Origin: Thermoplasmatota archaeon
Lineage (GTDB): Archaea > Thermoplasmatota > Penumbrarchaeia > Penumbrarchaeales > Penumbrarchaeaceae
DNA length: 64,000 nucleotides
Direction: 5' to 3'
Assembly (NCBI GenBank): GCA_029762535.1
Contig: JARVGK010000005.1
Location: 47,685-111,684, forward strand
Shown here one piece after another: positions 9,890-19,668 of this stretch; within the stretch, counting starts at the first letter, position 1, and each line of letters starts with the position of its first letter. The position numbers and the translations under genes are program-made. Under the pieces are notes generated by a model. That model was not told the origin of the DNA. It saw nothing but the letters and a program-made list of their open reading frames with translations, and made no database searches.

Positions 9890-10292
9890 AACCCCGTTCC
9901 ACTGAAGAGAAGCTTATTATTTAGCATTTTCCGGAGGCTTCTGGAGGGGTATAAATAGAGGTGTTTTTTTTTGGGTCGAGCAACTTTCGATCCTCCCTTA
10001 CGATCATGTTCACAAGACCGCCTATATGTATTTTCTATGCCTGGATACTTATAAGGATACTATATATGTTCCATATTGTTGGGGGACGTGGGGTGCAAAA
10101 AAATGTTTTTTACCCTTGAAAATCGTTATAGATACCGAACCGGTTGGGAAAAGCGGAGTTTAGAGCTAGAAAAGGGGGCCGATTCATGTGGACAAAATGA
10201 TTATGGATGATGAGCAACTACACCTCTACTTATAAAGAGATCCTCCAAAGGTGGAAACATTGGGAAAAGAGAAAAAGGCTCTACGGAAGATA
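9890..10292. promoter_or_regulatory. candidate replication origin / orc1 upstream region, AT-rich with ORB-like motifs
   Basis: About 400-bp non-coding region next to orc1. Contains 'tccaaaggtggaaacattggg' (about 10236-10256, resembling the mini-ORB core TCCAGTGGAAAC) and 'catgtggacaaaatg' (about 10184-10200). A/T tracts: ggtgtttttttttggg, gggtgcaaaaaaatgttttttaccc, atacttataaggatactatatat. Confidence 0.35.
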
Positions 10293-10982
10293 ATGAAGAC
10301 ATTATCTGGTTCGATCAAGAGGATTAGAGATCTGGAGCGAGATTTTCCAATAACTACCATAGCATGGATGGAGCTCAGGGGCGAGCTCGGATCCATAGAC
10401 GAGAGCCTTAGATCGGACCTGTTCTCCCTGGCCAAGAAAGCGAACGAATACCGAAAAAGATACTGGAAGGTGGAATATAGTATAAGACAGGATATCGTTC
10501 ATTATATGAACAGGATAGGATTCTCTCCTTCTTTCTCCCCTCAGATAGAGACCCTCGCAAATCATCTTCCCAGGTCTCTAATAATTCAAGACGGAAGAGT
10601 GTGGATCTTTTCATATGATACTTATATCAAGGATATCGCCTCTGGAGTGGGAAGGGATTGGAAAGAGGCCCCTACTGGTTCAGATATCTTTCAACGCTTC
10701 GAAAAAAAATATCATAAGGATATCCAGAACCTTCGCCACCAAGCTGATGTATTGATCAGAGAGATCGATGCATTCCTGTCCTTGTTGGGAGAGTATTTGC
10801 GTTCGGGAAATGCGTGGAACGTTACAGAGTTGACCCCGAGCCAAAAACGGATATCGATCCGTTCGGAAGCACAATTAATATTAATCAAGCGCCCTTATCC
10901 ACTGCCAAGGCCTCCCAAGAGGCCGAGAAAACGATTGTTCAGACGGATCAAAAGAAAAGAGATAGGGCCGGAGGATATCTGA
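10293..10982 (+). CDS. hypothetical soluble protein with a strongly basic Pro/Arg/Lys tail (RPYPLPRPPKRPRKRLFRRIKRK)
   Basis: The ORF-track start 10251 is a GTG lying inside the ORB-like motif; the first ATG is at 10293. No recognisable domain. The stop overlaps the start of the next gene (TGATG). Confidence 0.4.
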   Translation: MKTLSGSIKRIRDLERDFPITTIAWMELRGELGSIDESLRSDLFSLAKKANEYRKRYWKVEYSIRQDIVHYMNRIGFSPSFSPQIETLANHLPRSLIIQDGRVWIFSYDTYIKDIASGVGRDWKEAPTGSDIFQRFEKKYHKDIQNLRHQADVLIREIDAFLSLLGEYLRSGNAWNVTELTPSQKRISIRSEAQLILIKRPYPLPRPPKRPRKRLFRRIKRKEIGPEDI

Positions 10983-11509
10983 TGCGAATAGTATACAAAG
11001 ACCCTATCTTCCTTCTTGCAGCGGTATTTATTCTCCTAACTTTATCCTTAACAGCGGTATCGATGACCAGTCAGAGAAGACAAGGTCAGATCGAGGTCAA
11101 CGTGACTTACCCCAAAGGGATATCCTTGAACAACATTAAAGAGGGTAGGACCTTACATCTCGAATATATATCCGAATACGAGATAGGTGTGTACCTACTT
11201 GGACGTCAGGAGGCAGAGGACCTGCGCAGGCCATCGTTCTTTAAAGATATTGAGCTGCCTCCAAGCCTTCACAAGGGGAAAGAAGGTTCCATCTCTTTCA
11301 AGATAGATGGGGATGGCGATTACGAACTTATGTTCTATAACGACAGCTTCACTAAGAACGTTCTGGTCGAATACGAGCTCGATATGGGAATGCGTATAGA
11401 GGATGGATATTTCAAGACATCATTGATCTCAACGGCTTTAATCACATTGGTTCTCGTGGGCATCGTTATGGTGAGATTTTTCAAGAAAAAAGCTCTATCT
11501 CGTTTATGA
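10982..11509 (+). CDS. small surface/membrane protein (N-terminal signal anchor, C-terminal TM helix plus basic tail)
   Basis: RBS-like ggagga then ATG at 10982 (MRIVYKDPIFLLAAVFILLTLSL); C-terminal LISTALITLVLVGIVMVRFFKKK. The ORF-track version (10814..) overlaps the upstream gene. Confidence 0.5.
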   Translation: MRIVYKDPIFLLAAVFILLTLSLTAVSMTSQRRQGQIEVNVTYPKGISLNNIKEGRTLHLEYISEYEIGVYLLGRQEAEDLRRPSFFKDIELPPSLHKGKEGSISFKIDGDGDYELMFYNDSFTKNVLVEYELDMGMRIEDGYFKTSLISTALITLVLVGIVMVRFFKKKALSRL

Positions 11510-11597
11510 CCGATGAGATGGAGCGGTTTATCATTCGGGGGATTGTTATTTATACCGACATTATCTATCATCTAGTAAGATCGATCAGGTGATCGCC

Positions 11598-14500
11598 ATG
11601 AAGCATCGTTTTGATAGAGAAAGGGCATATATTTTTGCTTTGATGTTCGTAGTATCCTCATCATTCATATTGATCGGGGATGATACAGTAATGGTAACGG
11701 GTGAATCGCTATCATTATATGGGCATGTGAGAGCTGATAACAATGAGATTTGGGCACTTTCAGGTGATGAGAACATAGAGGCATCGGCCGGTTTGTCATT
11801 TATCGGAGAGAGCATGACCGGACCAGGAGGAAGGCTCGGAAGTTATCTTTGGTCTGGAGATCTGAATGGTGATGGTTATGATGACATAGCAATGTCAGCC
11901 CCCCATCTTGAAGGAGCGCTTAGCGTTAGAGAAGGGGGATTGCTCTATATATTCTACGGATCGAAAGAGTTACAAAATGGAGTTGTGGATATAGAAACAG
12001 CCGTTCCGGATATCGTTATCAGAGGAGGGGCCGAGGATTCGAAGCTTTTGACATCGTTTGCCGTTGGAGACATCGACAACGACGGCAACTTCGATCTCGT
12101 TTTGGGTATACCTTCCCAGCCTTCATGCGGCAGACTTTACATTCTCTGGGGTGACGGCAATTGGAGCGGGGAGATCGATCTCTTCGATCCAGGCAAACTC
12201 AATCCCAACGGGGATCCTTATGGTTTCATTCGAGATGATGATCATTTGATACTGGCTGGTCACATCGCACCGGTCCCTTGGCCCGAATCGGATTATAAGA
12301 TAGGCCAATCCGTTGTAGTTAGCGATCTTGACGGGGATTCGTACGATGATGTGGTCTTCAGCGCTCCGGGATGGAACAAGGTCAATATTATGTGGGGAGG
12401 GCCGAACAGATTTCAGCTTGGAGATGAGATGACCATAATTCAAGACGACCAGAACAGTGGCCTCTTCGGGCAGAGCGTGATCTCTCTCGATATGAATGGA
12501 AATCAAATGCCAGACCTGGCTATTAGCGGACCGCTGAGAAACCATCCGACAACACTATATCAGCAGACGGGCACTGTAATGGTGATTTTCGATGCGGGGG
12601 ATCTCAGAGGAACTGTTAATATCAACGTCGAGGACACGGTAAGGCCGTTCATATATGGAAACGATCCAAATGATAATTTTGGCAGGGTGATACTGTCAAA
12701 GGACATCAACCATGACGGGCGTGATGATCTTATAGTTGGCGCACCTTACAGTGATGGACCGGACGACACGAGGTACAACTCGGGCTCCATACACATATAT
12801 TTTGGAGGACAGATAAACCAATTTCCAGTGATTATGGATTCTGAAACCGGGGCAGACGTCATAATATACGGAGCAACGAAAGAAGGGCCTACATATCCAG
12901 GTGACAGATTGGGGACAGTATTCGAATTGGGTGATATCAACTCCGACGGTGAACACGGTTTGATTATTGGATATCCAGACGTTTCGGTCCAGGATGCCGA
13001 GAAGGCCGGAATGGTGGCCTATTATACATATCAACAAGTGTTCTCATCCCCTCCTCGTTCGATAGATCTCAAGGATATTGATCCGACATTCAGGATATTC
13101 GGGATAGACATGCAGGATAGGCTGGGATATTCCCTTTGCATCGCTGACATGGATGGGGACGGCGCTCATGAGTTGATCATAGGTTCTCCGGCCTCGGATG
13201 GTATTGAGAATACCAGGCCTTCCTGTGGTGAGGTCCATATTATTAGAGGGTCCAAAGTAGGAATCGACTCGCTGACATTATCCGGTATGGGGACACAGGA
13301 CGGTTTTGTCCTGTGCGGTAAAGGCGATACGACGATAACCGTGGGATATTCCCATTCGGAAGATAACGACCTATTGTTATCCATGGATGTGGAATTGCAG
13401 GATCTTGGGATAAAAATGACCATTCCTTTAGCTACTGGTGAATATCCAATAATTGATACACCCTATGAGATGATAAAACCCGTAAGCAAGGTGATCGTAT
13501 CGAAAACGACCAATGGTGCACAGGCATCGGCGGTGATCGAATTCACATGGTCCTTTCCTTCTGGGGAATACGATGTGAAGATTATTGTATCCTCATCAAA
13601 ATGGAATTATTCCAGATTGTTTTCCAAAGCCATATTATCAGAGGATGTTCTAATATTTTTGGAGAACTATGAACTATTCAGGAACGGTCAAAGAACCGTA
13701 CATGGTTCCGAATGGTTTGGACCGGATGATAGAATCGATATCAATGGACTATCGCTTTATTATGATACTGTACCTCCTATTGAGGTCATAGATGGTCCTT
13801 TCGAAATAAGCCTTTTGGTGAACGCAATATCGATCCATACTCAGGAATATGTACCCGACATGAGTTTGAATTTTACCATCACCGACGAAGATAGTATCAT
13901 ACTTACCGTAAAGGCCTCTCCTATCATCGGGATATTTCCCACAGGTATCCCATCGGAATTCATTCCTTTTATATCGGGGCAAATCGTGTTAGAGCTTCAT
14001 ATTGACCAAACCCCTCCCGATATCCCATCGAACCTAGTTCTCGATCCTGGAACTTTTGGACATGAGGATTACGGAACTGAAGGTGAATGGGAGATCAGAT
14101 GGGATGATGGCAGGACCAACGGAGGTGATGCAGGATCAGGAATATGGGCCTATGAGGTAGGTATCAAGGAGGAGGTAAAGATAGCCATGCATCCTGGAGG
14201 TCTGCTTGGGACATACTACAACGACGATCGTTTCATCGAGGAAGGCCTATCAATCGTGGATGAACAGATCGACTTCAACTGGGGCAATTACCCGCCTAAA
14301 CCCGAGATCATTCCATTGGGTTTCTCTATAAGATGGCATGGGTGGTTAATGCCGGACCAGAATATCAAGACGAGGTTCACGATATGGGGAAAAGGTGGGA
14401 ACTCCCTTCTGATCTTTGACGATCAGAGGCTGTTGGAATGGAACGATGTCGAGTTCAGAAGGAGTTCAGGCTACGTGGACCTAGTCGGCGGAGAGATCTA

Positions 14501-15926
14501 TTATATCGAACTGTACTTTCGACAGAAAGGGGATCTTGAAAACTCTCTTTTTCTAAGATGGGACGACGAGAGCGGTAATTCCGTTGAGATATCATCGAGT
14601 TCCATGTATTATCCATCAAACACTTCATCAATAGATATCGAGTCCTCCATATCGGAGATCTTCAACGTTTCCGTCAAGGCGATAGATTGGGTAGGTTCGA
14701 TCTCTGGCCCGGCCTTTTCTCAAGGGATCATTGATCTCGATCAACCAGTTATCGATCTTACAAGATATTCAAGTTGGTACAACTCATCAAGGGTCGAAGT
14801 ACATTTTGCGCTATTCGACCCTACGATTATGGGAATGGAGGGTTCAGGAATAGATGGGGATAGCATATCATACAGATTGATGCACGAAACAGAAACGGAA
14901 TATTCCCCCCCTTACAAAGAAGAGATATGGTTGAAATATGGGGATTCTCTTTCCTTTGTCGATGTGATGATGAGGCTTGAGTTGGATGGAACGTGGAAGG
15001 GATCTTTACAGATATTCGCATCGGACAGGGTAGGGAATACCGTACAATCATCCTCACTCAGCTTAGGTGTTGACATGATCGCTCCTCAGTTCGACATGGT
15101 CCAACCTTCCACCTTCATAATCCACAATACAGCTGACCTATCTTTTGCTCTCAGGGTCGAGGATATTCAAGGTTCCGGTGTCAATGGGGAGACAATTGCA
15201 TACCGAACGAGGATGAACGACACCGACTGGTCAGGTTGGATGGATATTGGCCGTGAAACAGCATCAGAGCAGTTGATGATCGAATTCACTCACAAGTTAT
15301 CAGAAGGTACGAATTTCATACAGTTCATGGCCGAGGATATTGTAGGCAATATGGGAATATCACGAGAATATGAGCTTAGGGTCAAGGTGCCGACAGTGAA
15401 CAATCCTCCCACCCCCCTGATATCAAGCCCGATCAACGGAACAAGCTATTCTGAGGGGCATCCAGTAATACTGGATGCATCTGGTTCCACTGATGATGGT
15501 ATCGGTTTATTTCCTGAATTGAGGTTCACATGGTCCTCGAACAGGACTGGATTATTAGGTACCGGTAAGGTGATCTCCATTAACATCCTTACAACAGGCT
15601 GGCACAGGATCACGCTTTTCGTCGATGATGGTTCTCCAGGGAATAACGTATCTGACCATGTTGATATATACATAAGGAGGGCTGTGAACCCCAACGGTAC
15701 GGTCAACCCAGAACCAAATGCGACGGATGAGGCATATCGAACTATACTTGTGATATCAGCTTTGGCAGTTGTGATCATCGTCATTATCGTATTCATAATC
15801 CTATTCGTAAAGAGATATGGTAATGAGAGGGGTGCCGAGATTAGAATAGATTATAAAGAAGAAACAGATGACGATATCGATTACATGATAAAGAGCAGAT
15901 ATGATGAATTCGATTCAGAAGAGTGA
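11598..15926 (+). CDS. giant cell-surface protein: signal peptide, multiple FG-GAP (integrin-alpha-like beta-propeller) Ca-binding repeats, PA14 domain, C-terminal TM anchor with acidic tail
   Basis: Repeated DxDxDG-type loops (DLNGDGYDDIAMSAP, VGDIDNDGNFDLVLG, DLDGDSYDDVVFSAPG, DINHDGRDDLIVGAPYSDG, DINSDGEHGLIIGYPD, ADMDGDGAHELIIGSPASDG). PA14-like segment GTYYNDDRF...FNWGNYPP...FSIRWHGWL...GGEIYYIELYF. TM helix ILVISALAVVIIVIIVFIILFV. Confidence 0.8.
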   Translation: MKHRFDRERAYIFALMFVVSSSFILIGDDTVMVTGESLSLYGHVRADNNEIWALSGDENIEASAGLSFIGESMTGPGGRLGSYLWSGDLNGDGYDDIAMSAPHLEGALSVREGGLLYIFYGSKELQNGVVDIETAVPDIVIRGGAEDSKLLTSFAVGDIDNDGNFDLVLGIPSQPSCGRLYILWGDGNWSGEIDLFDPGKLNPNGDPYGFIRDDDHLILAGHIAPVPWPESDYKIGQSVVVSDLDGDSYDDVVFSAPGWNKVNIMWGGPNRFQLGDEMTIIQDDQNSGLFGQSVISLDMNGNQMPDLAISGPLRNHPTTLYQQTGTVMVIFDAGDLRGTVNINVEDTVRPFIYGNDPNDNFGRVILSKDINHDGRDDLIVGAPYSDGPDDTRYNSGSIHIYFGGQINQFPVIMDSETGADVIIYGATKEGPTYPGDRLGTVFELGDINSDGEHGLIIGYPDVSVQDAEKAGMVAYYTYQQVFSSPPRSIDLKDIDPTFRIFGIDMQDRLGYSLCIADMDGDGAHELIIGSPASDGIENTRPSCGEVHIIRGSKVGIDSLTLSGMGTQDGFVLCGKGDTTITVGYSHSEDNDLLLSMDVELQDLGIKMTIPLATGEYPIIDTPYEMIKPVSKVIVSKTTNGAQASAVIEFTWSFPSGEYDVKIIVSSSKWNYSRLFSKAILSEDVLIFLENYELFRNGQRTVHGSEWFGPDDRIDINGLSLYYDTVPPIEVIDGPFEISLLVNAISIHTQEYVPDMSLNFTITDEDSIILTVKASPIIGIFPTGIPSEFIPFISGQIVLELHIDQTPPDIPSNLVLDPGTFGHEDYGTEGEWEIRWDDGRTNGGDAGSGIWAYEVGIKEEVKIAMHPGGLLGTYYNDDRFIEEGLSIVDEQIDFNWGNYPPKPEIIPLGFSIRWHGWLMPDQNIKTRFTIWGKGGNSLLIFDDQRLLEWNDVEFRRSSGYVDLVGGEIYYIELYFRQKGDLENSLFLRWDDESGNSVEISSSSMYYPSNTSSIDIESSISEIFNVSVKAIDWVGSISGPAFSQGIIDLDQPVIDLTRYSSWYNSSRVEVHFALFDPTIMGMEGSGIDGDSISYRLMHETETEYSPPYKEEIWLKYGDSLSFVDVMMRLELDGTWKGSLQIFASDRVGNTVQSSSLSLGVDMIAPQFDMVQPSTFIIHNTADLSFALRVEDIQGSGVNGETIAYRTRMNDTDWSGWMDIGRETASEQLMIEFTHKLSEGTNFIQFMAEDIVGNMGISREYELRVKVPTVNNPPTPLISSPINGTSYSEGHPVILDASGSTDDGIGLFPELRFTWSSNRTGLLGTGKVISINILTTGWHRITLFVDDGSPGNNVSDHVDIYIRRAVNPNGTVNPEPNATDEAYRTILVISALAVVIIVIIVFIILFVKRYGNERGAEIRIDYKEETDDDIDYMIKSRYDEFDSEE

Positions 15927-15940
15927 ATAATCATCAACAC

Positions 15941-16921
15941 TTACCAATCAAGCCATCTGCATGTCCGATCTATCCCTTCCTCGAAAGAGAAGAGGGGGCT
16001 ATATCCGAGTTTGTCGCATATCCTGGAATGATCCATATGCCAGATATCAGAGGTCAACGCCCGATATTTGTTCATTGATAGAGGAGGTGGTCCATTTATA
16101 AGAGTTCCGAAGATCTCAGAGGTTCTGCAAAGAAGGTAGAAAGCAGATTTTGGGATACTTACATATCCCTTTTTCACTCCTATCCTTCTTGATATCGAAT
16201 CAACAGCAAATCTCAGGGTATAAGGTCCTTCGTTGACATGGAATATGTTGGATATTTCGTTTTTCTCCAAGGCCAGGATAAGAGCGTGGGACAAATTGCC
16301 TACATAAAGCATGTTGAATATATGTCTCCCGCGATCTATCATGGGCATAAATCCCTTTTTAATGGATAAGAACGTTCTCATCGCTGAGGAATTACGACTC
16401 ATGCCCTCTCCGAATATCACTGGTGGTCTGATGATGGATGCGACCGTATCATCATCTTGTGCCCTCTTTAGGAGAAACCTTTCAGAAAGAAGCTTGGACC
16501 TTCCATATGGTTCATCCGGGCAGGGATCGTGATCTTCCTTCATCGGAAATCGCTCACTTCCATAAGGGCCAAGAGCCATGATGGAGGACATAAATACGAA
16601 CTTCTTTGAACCTTGATCAAGGGTATTTGCATAGATATTCATGGTCCCCTCGAAATTGACCTTCATAAGAAGGTCGCTCGTTGGATGGGATGATTCCAAA
16701 ATGCCCGCGCAGTGTATCACTCCATCGATATGGCCATCCAACCTTATAGTGGATGGATCCGTTATATCTCCGATTACCTCCTCTATGCCCTTTATATTTG
16801 AAGGCCTATTATCAAAAGATATGATGTCGTACCCTTTGGATAATAGTGCATTGATCACCCGTCCTCCGACGAAACCGGATCCACCTGTTACGAGATATCT
16901 TTTAGCCAACGTACATAACAT
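15941..16921 (-). CDS. NAD-dependent epimerase/dehydratase (extended SDR family)
   Basis: Rossmann motif VTGGSGFVGGRV; catalytic YxxxK context (PYGRSKLL); 326 aa. Confidence 0.8.
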   Translation of the reverse strand: MLCTLAKRYLVTGGSGFVGGRVINALLSKGYDIISFDNRPSNIKGIEEVIGDITDPSTIRLDGHIDGVIHCAGILESSHPTSDLLMKVNFEGTMNIYANTLDQGSKKFVFMSSIMALGPYGSERFPMKEDHDPCPDEPYGRSKLLSERFLLKRAQDDDTVASIIRPPVIFGEGMSRNSSAMRTFLSIKKGFMPMIDRGRHIFNMLYVGNLSHALILALEKNEISNIFHVNEGPYTLRFAVDSISRRIGVKKGYVSIPKSAFYLLCRTSEIFGTLINGPPPLSMNKYRALTSDIWHMDHSRICDKLGYSPLFSFEEGIDRTCRWLDW

Positions 16922-16991
16922 GCATTGAATGTATAATAAAAATATGGTAGCGGAGGGGGTTTTACCCCCTCCACAAGATTCTATATCGATA

Positions 16992-18932
16992 TTATCTATT
17001 CTCGATCAGGTTCTCAACGACCGAAGGATCCGCGAGAGTGGATGTGTCTCCGATCGAATCGATCTCGGAACTCGCGATCTTTCTGAGGATTCGCCTCATG
17101 ATCTTTCCGGACCTGGTCTTTGGAAGGCCAGGTGCCCAATGAATGATGTCCGGGGTGGCTATCGGCCCTATCTCTTCTCGTACATGTTTCTTGAGCATTT
17201 TTTTAAGCTCCTCTGTGTATTCGACCCCGGTCTTGAGGGTAACGTAGGCGTATATGCCTTGGCCTTTGATCTCGTGTGGGTATCCCACGACAGCGGCCTC
17301 AGCAACGGAAGGATGCGAAACCAAGGCGGACTCCACTTCGGCCGTTCCCATCCGGTGGCCGGAAACGTTAATCACATCATCTATCCTGCCGGTTATCCAG
17401 TAGTATCCATCTTCATCTCTCTTGGCGCCGTCTCCTGTGAAATATTTCCCGGGGAACATAGAGAAGTATGTCTCCTTGAACCTTTCGTGATGTCCATATA
17501 CAGTTCTCATTATTCCGGGCCAAGCCTTATTTATCACAAGCGGGCCAGATGCCACTCCTTCAATTTCCTTTCCGTCATTATCTAGTATTGCTGGTTCTAC
17601 TCCGAAGAAAGGCAAGGTAGCGGAGCCTGGTTTAAGCGGTGTAACTCCCGGCAGAGGAGTTATGAGTATACCTCCGGTCTCGGTCTGCCACCATGTGTCA
17701 ACGATCGGGCATCGGCCGTCACCTACAACCTCGTAATACCATCTCCAGGCCTCAGGATTGATCGGCTCTCCAACCGTTCCTAATATTAGCAGGGATTTCC
17801 TGGAATGTTTCTTGACCCAATCAGGGCCTTCCTTCATCAATGCCCTTATAGCAGTAGGGGCGGTGTAGAATTGGGTCACCTGATATTTATCGACAATCTC
17901 CCAGAATCTGCCAGGGTCTGGGTAGTTGGGAACTCCTTCGAACATCATCGTGGTCGCTCCATTTAGAAGGGGGCCATATACGATATACGAATGTCCAGTG
18001 ACCCATCCGATATCCGCAGTGCACCAGAATATGTCGCCCTCATGGTAATCGAAGACGTATTTATGGGTCAGGGAGGTATATAACATATATCCACCAATGG
18101 TATGGAGGACTCCTTTTGGTTTGCCAGTGGATCCAGATGTGTATAGTATGAACAACGGATCCTCTGAATCCATAACCTCTGGTGGACAATCGTCATTTAC
18201 CTTTTCCATTTCTTCGTGCCACCAGAGATCCCTTTCTGAGTTCATCGGAACTTCGACTCCGGTCCTCTTAACGACGATCACCTTTTCAATAGAAGGCGAC
18301 TCCGAAACCGCTCTATCGGCGTTGGTCTTCATTGGAATGTCGTTCTTTTTCCCTCTCAGTGCCGTGTCCTGGGTTATGACCACCTTACAGCCTGAATCGT
18401 TAATCCTATCCCTCAGCGAATCAGGAGAGAAAGCGCCAAAGACTATTGAATGGACCGCACCGATCCTTGCACAAGCTAGCATGGCTATAGGAAGTTCGGG
18501 TATCATCTGCATGTATATGCTCACCCTATCTCCCTTCTTCACACCGTTGGCCTTGAGGACGTTCGCGAACTTCTTAACCTTTGTGAAGAGCTCGGAATAA
18601 GTCATTTTCCCATCTTCTTCAGGTGAATTCCCTTCCCAGATTATTGCAACCTGGTCTCCGCGCTTTTCTATATGCCTATCGAGGCAGTTGTAGGTAATGT
18701 TGGTCTTGCCACCTTCGAAGAACTTTATTATCCCATTCACGAAATCGAAATCTCTAACCTTGTCCCATTTCTTGAACCAGGTGAAGTCCTCGGCCATCTC
18801 TGACCAGAATGCATCTGGATCGTTTATGGACCTTTCATACATCTTCTTGTACTCTTCCATAGAGTTGATATACGCTCGTTTCTTGATGTTTTCGTTGGGC
18901 AAGTATAAACCGCTATTATCCTGTTCGCTCAT
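16992..18932 (-). CDS. acs: acetyl-CoA synthetase (AMP-forming)
   Basis: N-terminal [16 protein letters not shown] motif and [15 protein letters not shown]-binding signature; 646 aa, typical Acs length. Confidence 0.9.
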   Translation of the reverse strand: MSEQDNSGLYLPNENIKKRAYINSMEEYKKMYERSINDPDAFWSEMAEDFTWFKKWDKVRDFDFVNGIIKFFEGGKTNITYNCLDRHIEKRGDQVAIIWEGNSPEEDGKMTYSELFTKVKKFANVLKANGVKKGDRVSIYMQMIPELPIAMLACARIGAVHSIVFGAFSPDSLRDRINDSGCKVVITQDTALRGKKNDIPMKTNADRAVSESPSIEKVIVVKRTGVEVPMNSERDLWWHEEMEKVNDDCPPEVMDSEDPLFILYTSGSTGKPKGVLHTIGGYMLYTSLTHKYVFDYHEGDIFWCTADIGWVTGHSYIVYGPLLNGATTMMFEGVPNYPDPGRFWEIVDKYQVTQFYTAPTAIRALMKEGPDWVKKHSRKSLLILGTVGEPINPEAWRWYYEVVGDGRCPIVDTWWQTETGGILITPLPGVTPLKPGSATLPFFGVEPAILDNDGKEIEGVASGPLVINKAWPGIMRTVYGHHERFKETYFSMFPGKYFTGDGAKRDEDGYYWITGRIDDVINVSGHRMGTAEVESALVSHPSVAEAAVVGYPHEIKGQGIYAYVTLKTGVEYTEELKKMLKKHVREEIGPIATPDIIHWAPGLPKTRSGKIMRRILRKIASSEIDSIGDTSTLADPSVVENLIENR

Positions 18933-19203
18933 CCGTCAACCTCCGATATACTTTTTTTCCACAGGTGCTCTGGTCATGTCATTTACGGTCCAAAGCTTCA
19001 TGGTCTCTACCCGCATAATGGTAACCATATATAACCGTTTACACCAACCATCCGGATCGTTATTGATCTGTGTACAAAAACTCGATCAATGAATTAATTA
19101 ATGATGACATATCGTTAATAATTTGTTTTTTTACACGTATCTGTAACAATGAAGAATATGGATAGTATTATCATGTTCAGAGGCATATAGGATACTTCGA
19201 CCG

Positions 19204-19611
19204 GTGGAACATTTGAATGATATTATAACGGTGGATATGCTAATAAAGGCCCTTGAAGCTCTTTTCCATGAAGGAAAGGAGGGTCAAGACGAATGGATCA
19301 AGCAAATGGCAATTTTCATAATGGATTTTTTTGGTTATGAGCAGAGAGTTCTTGATAACAACCTTACCCCAAAGGATAGGGATATATTCTACATGTTGGA
19401 GAATTCCGGGATACTCAGAACTGAAATGGATGAGACCACGATCCAGAAGGGTAAGACCTGGAGGATCCATTATTGGGTCCTGAATAGGGATCGGATCCGT
19501 GAACTGTCAGTAAGTAAGCAAGATGATACTGAATTAAGATGCAACGGTGAGAATGGTATGGTTTATGACCACCTCTCAGAGGGAGTATGGTCGAGGAACG
19601 ACCAGAATTAA
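19204..19611 (+). CDS. hypothetical protein (135 aa)
   Basis: ORF only; GTG at 19204 with an ATG 11 codons in; no recognisable motif. Confidence 0.3.
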   Translation: MEHLNDIITVDMLIKALEALFHEGKEGQDEWIKQMAIFIMDFFGYEQRVLDNNLTPKDRDIFYMLENSGILRTEMDETTIQKGKTWRIHYWVLNRDRIRELSVSKQDDTELRCNGENGMVYDHLSEGVWSRNDQN

Positions 19612-19668
19612 GTCTGACATCCAATCATCAAGAATAAATAAGAGATATGTTTTGGCCAGTAGGAAAAC

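Noticed and set aside
10251-10292. ORF-track start of the 243-aa hypothetical gene
   Set aside because: The start is a GTG that sits inside the ORB-like motif next to orc1; the first ATG (10293) with a plausible upstream context is preferred. Likewise TTG/GTG track starts at 367..1098, 1776..2837, 5584, 7446..8342, 11589, 21931..23937 and 30664..30852 have nearby in-frame ATGs
10814-10981. 5' extension of the 231-aa ORF overlapping the upstream gene
   Set aside because: Out-of-frame overlap of 168 nt with the preceding gene. An RBS-like ggagga followed by the ATG at 10982 (overlapping the upstream stop, TGATG) gives a cleaner signal-anchored protein
16929-17585. 218-aa ORF (and 18097..18600, 18697..19092) antisense to acs
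   Set aside because: These overlap the highly conserved Acs coding sequence on the other strand; no features
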